53,999 nt of DNA from positions 1 to 53,999 of the IMG/VR virus record IMGVR_UViG_3300031519_000026; one strand, given 5' to 3'. Positions 29,711 to 39,600 of this stretch are shown piece after piece. The stretch comes from a virus. Taxonomy: Duplodnaviria; Caudoviricetes. A program made the translations under genes and the position numbers. Positions within the stretch are counted from its first letter, which is position 1; each line of letters opens with the position of its first letter. A model generated the notes under the pieces. That model made no database searches. It was not told where the DNA came from and saw only the letters and a program-made list of their open reading frames with translations.

Positions 29711-30524
29711 CTAATTCTAATTCTGATAATTCTGGTGTTTCGAAATTAATAAAGAACGAACTTGGGAAAAACGCCATTATTTGACCCATAACTTTTGTAT
29801 GGTTTAACACATAATATAAATCTTTGCCGAAATATTTAGGTGAATCGTTAAACACAGATTTATTGTACGTTTGGCTTAATCCCCTCATGTGTGTAATTGC
29901 TAAAAATCCATCTAGACCTTCAGTAACAAATCTTGCAATGTTAGGACCACACTTTGCTGGCTTGTCTACGATAGTAATCTCATCGACAAAATTCTTGAGT
30001 TCTACCTCTTTAATTCTGTTTTCTTCTGGCATTGTTTCATATAACTTGTGCAAAGAAAATGGTATTACATCTCTGATTGTTTCGATAAGCTCGTCAACAA
30101 GATCAAAGTTACCCTCTATAAACTTATGTATTTCATCTTCTGGCCATATTTTATAAAACATTTTATCTGCGTCATTAAGTTCGTAGTGCAATCTGTGTCT
30201 AATAAGCATAGATACAAACCTTACAAGAATCGGAGAGTCCACCATAAAATCAGAAGTAATATATTCTTTAATAAGATCTTCGTCAACGGCGCTGAAGCCG
30301 GTTTTAAAATTGGTGTTAGCAAGATATATCATAATATGCTTAGCAGAAAGTTTTTCTTTTGACGCAAGATAATCAACGTAAAGAATATAATCTTTCTTTT
30401 CTTCTTTTTCTTTATAAATCGCAACTAGGTCCTGAGGAGCCAGAGGTAATTTATAGCAAGTAATTGACTTAGCACGTTCATCTAGTTCTTTTTCACTTAT
30501 TAGTTCTTCACTTTTATCAATCAT
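29691..30524 (-). CDS. Hypothetical protein in the rSAM operon
   Basis: 277-aa ORF overlapping the downstream rSAM gene; no motif recognised. Confidence 0.65.
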   Translation of the reverse strand: MIDKSEELISEKELDERAKSITCYKLPLAPQDLVAIYKEKEEKKDYILYVDYLASKEKLSAKHIMIYLANTNFKTGFSAVDEDLIKEYITSDFMVDSPILVRFVSMLIRHRLHYELNDADKMFYKIWPEDEIHKFIEGNFDLVDELIETIRDVIPFSLHKLYETMPEENRIKEVELKNFVDEITIVDKPAKCGPNIARFVTEGLDGFLAITHMRGLSQTYNKSVFNDSPKYFGKDLYYVLNHTKVMGQIMAFFPSSFFINFETPELSELELDDSPPE

Positions 30525-30534
30525 AATTTATATC

Positions 30535-31620
30535 CTAATCAGTTAATGTATATTTGTGGATCAAGTAAGGAATTCTATTCTGCCTTTTGGAAAAGAACTG
30601 AACATCAGTATTAATCAATCTTAAATCTTCTGTTAAGTTATCCATGTCAAATGTTCTTTCTAGAACTTTCTTTACGATTGGAAAAACGTTATTAATTTCT
30701 GTGTACAAATCCCAGAATTCCCAACCATCAGGGCTAGCATCTCTTTTATCGGAGTGTACCTGAATAAATGCAGCGTTGTCTTTTACTCTGTTCCACAATT
30801 CCTCAAGCTTATAAAACGCAACTTGATAATTACCGTTGTTAGCAGCTTTTAAATAAGTCTCGTTGATGAATTCTTGTTTGTCTACCGGTAATTCATTAGC
30901 ATTCATCCAATCAATTACAGAAAGAATATAAGCCAAGTAGTGGCGACGAGATGTAAAGTGTTCCATAACATCTTGAGCCATATCTGCGCTGTGAATAGTA
31001 AATTTCTCAATTAAAAGAGATTGAACTTCTGGACACGGGTAATAATCATTTAAGTAAAACAACAGATCATAGCTAAAGTTTTTACCATTTTGATAAACCA
31101 CAGTGAATGGCGGCGTGTCTTCGTGTCCAAGAATACCGTTGGCATATGCTGAAATATCTGCTACTACCGAAGATCCAGCCATATATGTGAACATACTATC
31201 GCAAGAAATTACTTTTTCTAAGAATTGTGCTGCAATATCGTTTACATTATAATCTGTGTCTGAATAAAATCCGGCAGCAGTTAATAGACCAGAAACATAT
31301 CTTGCGTGCATTGCAATTTGATCATCTTCTTCCCAAAATACTAATATGCATTTTTCGCTGTTTTGAATATAATCTTCTGTGATTTCTTCCCACTGCTTAA
31401 ATACAATTTCCGCGCCAATTCCATCGCGAAGTGCGTCTGCTCTTACCTGGATATCACCCGGTATAAGCTGATTATCTACTCTTGAAGGATGCACACAAAC
31501 AATAGTTCTGTGTCGTTTTGTATGGTAAAAGCTGTTTATTTCAGATATGACAGTTTCTAAATTAGTAATATTGGTAATGTATTTTTTGTTGTTTAAAAAA
31601 TAAAGATGTTGGCCAATCAT
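30535..31620 (-). CDS. Hypothetical protein in the rSAM operon
   Basis: 361-aa ORF, ATGA-coupled to the upstream rSAM gene; no motif recognised. Confidence 0.65.
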   Translation of the reverse strand: MIGQHLYFLNNKKYITNITNLETVISEINSFYHTKRHRTIVCVHPSRVDNQLIPGDIQVRADALRDGIGAEIVFKQWEEITEDYIQNSEKCILVFWEEDDQIAMHARYVSGLLTAAGFYSDTDYNVNDIAAQFLEKVISCDSMFTYMAGSSVVADISAYANGILGHEDTPPFTVVYQNGKNFSYDLLFYLNDYYPCPEVQSLLIEKFTIHSADMAQDVMEHFTSRRHYLAYILSVIDWMNANELPVDKQEFINETYLKAANNGNYQVAFYKLEELWNRVKDNAAFIQVHSDKRDASPDGWEFWDLYTEINNVFPIVKKVLERTFDMDNLTEDLRLINTDVQFFSKRQNRIPYLIHKYTLTD

Positions 31621-32792
31621 GATATTGCTCCTAGTTTTTCCATTGCATCATCGTTCCACGTCCAATCAGTTGGATTATATTGATCCAATACATCCTTATT
31701 CAGGACACAGCCGTTAACGTTTAATGATTCTTGCGCTTCGAATATTAATCTGCTAGCACATGCTACTGCAAATTTGCAATCAGCACAGTCACTAACCTTG
31801 CTTGACTTATTTATACCTTTAGTAACAAGTTCGTTTTTACGATCTAATATTTCTTCGAATGATAAACCAGTAACATCTAAATTCTTATTATTTAAGAAAA
31901 ACGCTTGTTCGTGAAGCATTACATTTAAGTGTGTTGTTGGACCATCAGCACCAGGTACAATTGTAAGACCAACAAAGTTTATTGAATTACAATACAGATT
32001 AGCCATCGACATAACTGTTTCTTGCGCGTTATCTTCATCAATAACTTTACCAAGAAATTCGTTCCAGCCGAATAGATTTCTGCGTTGAATTAATTCTGAT
32101 CTAGCTCTTGAAAAGGCAGGGTTCATTTCAACAATTGTTTCATATTCGTTAACTGATTTTTGGATAATTCTGTTATATGTTTCCTTATCAATTTTCTTAC
32201 CCACAACATTAGAAGCCTGGAGTGTCCAAGACCAATCCATTTGTTTAGGTGTACTATCTTTAAAGAACTTGACTTTCTGCATGACTGAATTAAAGTAATC
32301 TTCATCATCCAACATTTGTGATACTTTACCTATTGGCATGATAAATTCTATAATCATTTCTCTACGAAATTTGTCTTCGTCATCTAAGATGGCAAATATT
32401 TCTTCTACCTTTTCCATAGTTGCGATATCAAATTTAGCAGGCGCTGCAATTCTGGCACCAGTATGTTCTCTCATAATTTCTTGCACAACCGAGTTATTTA
32501 ATACAGATTCTGTATTTGTCGCCGAAAAGAAATCAGTCGGTCCAATAACAAATTCTCTTAAATTAAGACCAGTTCTTTTGATACCATCAGTAAGTTCTTT
32601 TGCTCTGTCTATAATCATTTGATTCATTTCTGGATCAATATTTTTATCAACAAAACACCCTAAACAACCATGATCGCAACCAGCTAAAACTTCCATTTGA
32701 ATAAGAACATCAAATTTATTTGTATCAGATGGTGCAAGACTTTCTGGACCAGAATATCTCATTTGTTTGCAGTATGATTTTTGCATAGACAT
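31617..32792 (-). CDS. Atypical radical SAM protein, GPTD type (rSAM-B1)
   Basis: GCDHGCLGCF, IGPTDFF, CADC-x5-C..C; ATG overlaps the stop of the upstream CHxS-repeat gene (TAATG). Confidence 0.8.
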   Translation of the reverse strand: MSMQKSYCKQMRYSGPESLAPSDTNKFDVLIQMEVLAGCDHGCLGCFVDKNIDPEMNQMIIDRAKELTDGIKRTGLNLREFVIGPTDFFSATNTESVLNNSVVQEIMREHTGARIAAPAKFDIATMEKVEEIFAILDDEDKFRREMIIEFIMPIGKVSQMLDDEDYFNSVMQKVKFFKDSTPKQMDWSWTLQASNVVGKKIDKETYNRIIQKSVNEYETIVEMNPAFSRARSELIQRRNLFGWNEFLGKVIDEDNAQETVMSMANLYCNSINFVGLTIVPGADGPTTHLNVMLHEQAFFLNNKNLDVTGLSFEEILDRKNELVTKGINKSSKVSDCADCKFAVACASRLIFEAQESLNVNGCVLNKDVLDQYNPTDWTWNDDAMEKLGAIS

Positions 32793-33208
32793 TAGCGTCT
32801 TCCTCTCGATGTGTGACAACTACTATGGCAACTAGCGTGACATACGTTAATTGTAAACGACACATTATTAATTCGACCCTCTATCAGATCTACTGTTCTT
32901 CTTACGCCGTCTTCAATAGTATCAACGATATCTTGCGCGTACATTAGCCCTCCTGCTACTACACCAGCATCGTAATAACCGTCGTATAAACTATCAGCAG
33001 CGTTTACGTATTCCATTCTATGTCCCTGGTTCCAGAGCGTTGTATATTGTTTACCGTCTAGGCGCATCGCTCCGCCGTATGTGCTATCAAACCCGTAAGT
33101 TCTAACATAGGCTGTTACACCATAAGTTACAGTCTTGTCAAATGTTCGTAATGCCGCGCCAGAATATGTTTGCACGTAAGAGTTTAGATCAGCAACTGTA
33201 GCAACCAT
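32792..33208 (-). CDS. CHxS-repeat protein 2, candidate radical-SAM substrate
   Basis: 138 aa ending CHASCHSSCHTSRGRR; all its Cys lie in this tail; paralog of the adjacent gene. Confidence 0.75.
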   Translation of the reverse strand: MVATVADLNSYVQTYSGAALRTFDKTVTYGVTAYVRTYGFDSTYGGAMRLDGKQYTTLWNQGHRMEYVNAADSLYDGYYDAGVVAGGLMYAQDIVDTIEDGVRRTVDLIEGRINNVSFTINVCHASCHSSCHTSRGRR

Positions 33209-33621
33209 TATCTTCTACCTCTAGATGTATGACAACTGCTGTGGCAGCTTTGGTGGCAGGGAGAAATACTAAACGTTCTATTGCCCAGTCTACCTTCAAT
33301 CAAATCAACAGTTCTTCTAATCACGCTTGTAATAGAATCAATAACATCTTGAGAACTGATGATGTTACCTGTGTAAATACCGCTATCTAAATAGTTGTTA
33401 TACACTGAGTCACCTGCGTTTACGTATTCGTAACGTTGGCTGTTATATACCAATCCGTAGGATGAATAACCGTTAACGAGCATCCAACTGCCGTATGCGC
33501 TATCAAAGCCCCAAACCCGCACCCATCCAGTTACATTAAGTTGAATCGTTTTATCAAACGTTCTCAGCTGGCTGCCTGCTTTTGACTGCATGCTCGTGTT
33601 TAAATCTGCATATGATGGCAT
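33208..33621 (-). CDS. CHxS-repeat protein 1, candidate radical-SAM substrate
   Basis: 137 aa ending CHQSCHSSCHTSRGRR; starts 1 nt after the giant fibre stop. Confidence 0.75.
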   Translation of the reverse strand: MPSYADLNTSMQSKAGSQLRTFDKTIQLNVTGWVRVWGFDSAYGSWMLVNGYSSYGLVYNSQRYEYVNAGDSVYNNYLDSGIYTGNIISSQDVIDSITSVIRRTVDLIEGRLGNRTFSISPCHQSCHSSCHTSRGRR

Positions 33622-33622
33622 A

Positions 33623-36600
33623 TTATACTTTCACCTCTACTTCACCTTCTCCATCGCAATCACCTATAGCGATGCCTATGATCTCATGACTATTTATACC
33701 ACTTGTACCATAGTCTACAGCGCGGCCTTTTCCATCTACATCAGCAATAACCCATTGACCCTTTTTAGCAGAACCGTGGATTAACACAGGAATACGTCCT
33801 TTAAGAGCTATAAATGGAGCCATCATAGCATCTATTGATTTGTCATCAGGATCGTAACCCATATCATTCATCATAACAGCAGGTAATGTCGAAACACAAC
33901 CAGCTAAAGGCATACCGGGTTGGTAAAGAGTAACTTCTTTATCTCCATTGATATCAATAGCTAAAACTGTGCCTGCTGGATATATATCATCTGCAGTATA
34001 TCTTTCCGCCAAATCCGCCCATCTTGCTGACGTAGCTGTACCGACATAAAGACCGTCATTATTAACATAAGCTTTATCAGTACCATCTCTACGGAATTGA
34101 CAAATTCTATTTGAGTTACCACCAGCAGCGATATAAAATCTATCTGAGTGATATTCAATTTTACCTTTATCATTTCCAGGGTTACCGGTCCAAGTTGTGT
34201 TCGCATCTTCGTAGTACCAATGGTTTGGTGAATAGCCATCTGCCATTCTTGTACGAATTTGCCATTGTCCACCAGTGTTTAGATAACCACACCAGTTGCT
34301 AGTGTCTCCGTGTAGCCACATTCTAATGCTACTATTATATGAAGACCTTAACTGCAAACTTATTGAAGAGTTGCTGTTACCAGAGATAGCATAGTATGCA
34401 CTTTGGTATGAGTAAGCGTGAACACCAGTATTTTGGTTATACACACCTTCGCCAGAATCGTCATTACGGAACCAGTTACGAGCATAAACCTCGTTGGCAC
34501 GAACACTCGTGTTAAAGACAGAAGCACCTGCAGGGTTGGAATAATAGGTAGTGTTGTCAGAATCATAGAAGATAGGCGCTCTGAAACTGTATGCTGAGTA
34601 AGCATAATTTGAATCGCCGTAAACTCTAAATAAGGCAGTTGTGACCATGGCGCCAGATGCTGAACCGTGACGCCCAACATAGAAGTCAGCTCCAGATGTG
34701 TTGTTGTTATTTGAGTCTAAGTTAAAGAAAATACTTCCGTATGAGTTGATACGAATATCGTCAGATACATCACCTGCAGTGTTTCTTGAAGTGATTGAGT
34801 GGTTTTGACTATTATCACCATAAAAGGTAATAAAGTCACCACGATCTCTTGCGTTTAACTGATCCCATTCAATTGTACCCATTTGAGATGTAGAAGCTGG
34901 ATTTGTATAACGATTTGTATCGTTTGAGTCATAGAAGATTGGAGCTCTTAATGAACTGCCAGCTTGTAACGAGTTATTTACATGAACATCGTTTTGACCT
35001 AAAGGATCAGAACCGTTATTGATTGACATGACCTGAGTTGCCATATTATAATCGTTATAGAAGCGAATACCGTTATAAGTGTGATAAGCGCCCATCTTAA
35101 TACCAGTATGGAAAGCAATTCTTAGATCAGGGTATGGGGTAGACCAACCACCACTTTCACGATAAATGGCGTAAGCAGCAGATTCATTAGTGTTAAAATA
35201 CATACCGAAAGTATTATCATCACTTACTGCACGTCTATGAACAAATCTGTTTGCTCTAATATCCTCAGCAAATAGCGAGTCTCCAGCCGGGTTGGAATAA
35301 TAAGAACTGTTATTACGGTCATAGAAAGTATTAGCATATAAACTGCCGTAAATTTCAGTCGTAGAACTATTAGTTCTTAATGCCCAGCTTGCATCTTGGT
35401 TAAGAAAACCGATGTTATTGGTGTTATTGGCATATACGTAACCACGAATAGTACCACCGCTCTCGTCTCTAAAGCGTATAGCATTTGCTCCAGTTCCACC
35501 AGCGACGTTCCAATAATCATCGTCATCTGAATAGAAGTGTTGACCCGTTGCAGTGTTATATAGACCTTTACCGCTTGTATCATTACGGAACCAACCATCG
35601 TTGTAGATTTCGCCACGAATATCGAGTGTGTTCATTACTGATGTACCAGCAAAGTTACCGTAATAACCAGTACTATCTTTATCATAAAATGTACCAGCAT
35701 AAGCACCACCTGTAACCATTAAGTTACCGTCACCTCTAATAATGAGGTTTGTAGTACCACCTAATCCACCATCTTTAAACGCTATATCTTCTCCGCCAGA
35801 AGTAGCAATAATTAAGTGCGCATCATTTGTTTCTGTTGCTTGAATATAGCCACGAACATTGCCAGATGCTGATTGGAAGTTTGCAGAACCACCAGAAGTA
35901 AATTGTACTGTATTCATTATAGATGTAGAAGCAAAGTCACCGTAGTAAGAAGAGTCATTTGCGTCATAATATCTTGATGCGTAAAAAGGTGTATCTCCTG
36001 GGTTTGAGTTGTAGATAGCAATATCAGAATATGCTGAGTACGCAGTACCTGAGTTCCAAGTTTGTTGCCATAAACGCATACCACGACCAGTTTTCTTAAA
36101 CATAAGAAGGTTATCTGATCCGCCGGAAGCATCTGTGTATGATCTTAAGTGGAGGTAATCTGCATAAGGTGCAGTGTTATTATTATTCCAAGATGTGAAA
36201 CCGAACCTTAGTTGTCCAGCCGTATCTTCATTTGGCTCAATAATTCTGTTATCTCTTCTTACGAGAGAACTAGCATAACCTGTAACACCTGGTGTTGTGA
36301 TTGCTTGATCAACAGTTAATCCTAAGAACCTTGATGTACTAGCAAAGTTGCCGTTATACGTTGTATTGTCGCTATCATAAAAGATAGGTGAACGAACTTG
36401 GTTAGTACCTAAGAAGAAACCATCTTTAGTAGAGGCTTGTTCTGTGCCATCCCAATAAAGTTCGACATCGCCATTCTGACGATAAATCGTAGCCCATTCG
36501 TTGTTAGTATCATTATAGATACCAGCAACGCCAGCTCCACTTGACATGAATACCCAGTCATCGTTAATAGCATAACCTGCATAACCACCTTTATTACCAG

Positions 36601-39600
36601 TTACGCTGATTGAGCCGTAGGTGCCTTGAGTTGCATCAATTTGATACGTTGATCCACCAATTTGAACTGCTGTTGCACGAACTGTATTCATTATAGATGT
36701 GCCAGCAAAATCGCCATAGTAACTATTGTCATCGTTATCGTAGAAGATGTTAGCATACGCACCGTTTAGAACAGTGTGTGTGCCGCTAACACTAACATTA
36801 CGTGACATGTTCCAGTCACCGTTAGCATCAGTCCAGTTAGTATCAGTAACAAATCTTAGTCTATCAGGGTTTGTACCTTCAGCCATACGAAGCATTTGAC
36901 GGCCACCAGCAACAAGCTGCATATCGTCAGCAGCTTGGAAACGAATGTAAGTATCAGTATCACCGTTATGGCGAATATAATCATTTACATAAATTTGTTT
37001 CATCACGGATGTAGAAGCTGGATCTACATAAAAAGCAGCATCATTAGTATCATAGAAACGTTGTGCTCTATGGTAACGTCCGGCAGTAACGTCGCCAGAA
37101 GTATCAACTCTAAGTCTCATCGTACCTTGGTTTGCACCAGAAGTAAACTGTAAATTACCGCCAGAGTCAGTAGCCAAATCGTTTGGCGACTCATAAATCT
37201 GCCACAAATTACCACCGTTCCATTTTATACCTTCAGTTGGTCCCGGATCATTGAACGATAAGCTATTCAAGTTATTGATTGAACCGTTAGTCCAATCCCA
37301 AGAACCTGCAACTTTTGCGCCTGTCAATGGTTCGATATAATAAGCAGTATTTCCTGCATCTCTAAATCTATTTGCATCAATTACATTAGCGAAGATGTCA
37401 TTAACAGTTAAATCACCTGTTATTCCTGCATCACCACCTACCGTTAAGTCAACTTCAACTGTAAGATTTGGTGTACGTAAATCAGATTGTGCGTTAACGC
37501 GTTTTAGAATTGGTGGACCATATTCACGAACAGCACCACCACCGCTATATCCCATAAGAGAAACAATTCTTACGAAACGAACACCTAAACCATCAGAACC
37601 ATTAAATGGTGTGTGAGTAGTTGGTAGTGTATGCGTACCTTTATACTGTGTCCAAGTAGTAGCAGTTACGTTAATAGCTGAAGCACCAAAGTATGAAATG
37701 CCATCGTTAGTAGCAATTGGATTTTTATCTTTATCATATCTTCTAATACCAAGATAGAATAAACCGCCAGAACCGCTTATACGTCTTACCGCTTGCTCAA
37801 CGTATATTTCTTCTCCTGGTTCAACCGCGATAAAGTCAGAATCGAAAGATCTAAATCCTGAAGATCTTAAAGCATAGCTTGATGCGAAAGGACCGTCTCC
37901 GTTTTTAACATATTCTGAAGTGCTTGATGTTGCATTATTCTCTATGCCTTGCATAGGTTGAATAACACGCTTATCCCAATAATCTGAAGCATCAAACATT
38001 TTAAGATCGCCAAGACCTGACCCGTATGATTTGAGTAATCCGAGATCCTCGTTACCGCCGTTAAGAGCAAGAGATCCAAAGATACCAGCACCGTAAGATT
38101 GGAAATCACCGTTTTCTGCGAACCAGAAACGATCATCGACACCGTTAAATGATATACCAAGTGTTGAACGAGAATTTCTAGTTTCGTGGAAAATGATTGG
38201 ATAGTTTGCGTCAGCAGTTGAATTCGATAATCTAATTAAATTTCGTTGTGCACTTAAAATTTCAAGAGGCGTAGCCGTACTATTTAGTATTGCTCCATCA
38301 CCTGCTTTAATAGACTTAAGTCTATTTTGACCGGCCATATCAGCATAAAACGCCGAGTCATTTAAGTCATAGAATATTGGAGACCGCATACTTGTTGGTG
38401 CAGAACCATAACCGTTTTCAGCACCAATTTGGTGGATATTGTTAGAGTATAATCTTGTAAAGTTATTTCTGTTAGCAACCAACGACCATTCATTATCTGT
38501 TTCGTTGTACAGACCCATTTCTGTAGCGCCACTTGATATGAAACCCCAGTCGTTACTAATCATATAACCAGCGTAACTATCTCTTTCGCCCTCAACCATA
38601 ATGGTACCCTTAGGACCAGAAGGTGGCTCAATTGTTGTAGAACCAGTACCAACTTGAATTTCTTGGACTCGTATAACATTAGTAATAGATGTAGATGCCG
38701 GATCTAAGTAGAAAGCATTGTTACCGCTGTCATAATAACGCGGTGCGTAAACATCAGTATTAAAATCAGCAGAGTTTGCGTCAATATTTAATCTTTCGGT
38801 GCCTGATATGAATACTTTATAAGTTGCTGCAGCAGAGAAACCCATATAGGTTGTTGTATCGCCACGATGCCTAATGTAGTCGTCAATGTCAACAGTATTT
38901 AATTGTGAATCTCCAGCTGCATCTATATAATATGCGTTATCTCCATAATCATAATAACGATTAAAGTACGCATCGTCGTTTGCATCAGCAGCAGAAATTC
39001 CACCGTTGAAATTTACTCGTTTATTGAATGTGAATAAAGCTCTATCGGTATCAAATGCAGTTGAACCTACAACTTTAGAACCGATTTCTAACCAACCGGT
39101 AGGAGTTGTAAATCTGTGAGCTGAGCTCGTGTTAGGCTCAAACTGAAAAGTTCCACCAGCGTCAGAGAATATTGGAGATCTCATATCTGTAGTAGCTTGC
39201 GCATATGTTGTATATACATTAAGCTGTGCAGTCGCGCCAGCAGTAAAAATAATTTGGTCAGCGCCGAAACCAATTTTAGTATTAGTATCTCCGTCGTGTA
39301 TAATTTCACCTACAAGTGATACGTTATTAATTCTTGAAGAAGATGCGAAATCTCCATAAAACGCAGTGTTATTATAATCTAGGTAACGAGCAAACTTTGC
39401 ATCTCCACCAGATTGTAACTCAAGATCTCCTCTGACTTTAATATCAGAAGTATTGTTCATATAGAAACCACCACCTGAACCAAACCCTAGTTCGTCATCT
39501 CTTAAGAAAGTAGATGTAGTACCACCAATAACCAATGCATCATTTGCACCGTTTATGTGGATAGAACCGTCAACATGCAGTTTACCATCTGTTTTTACTC

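Noticed and set aside
20366-32792. rSAMs as a queuosine/7-deazaguanine DNA-modification (QueE) or anaerobic RNR activase (NrdG) cluster
   Set aside because: No recognisable QueC/QueD/FolE/DpdA or NrdD nearby; the enzymes carry SPASM-like Cys tails and follow late promoters next to Cys-rich small proteins. Not formally excluded without HMM searches
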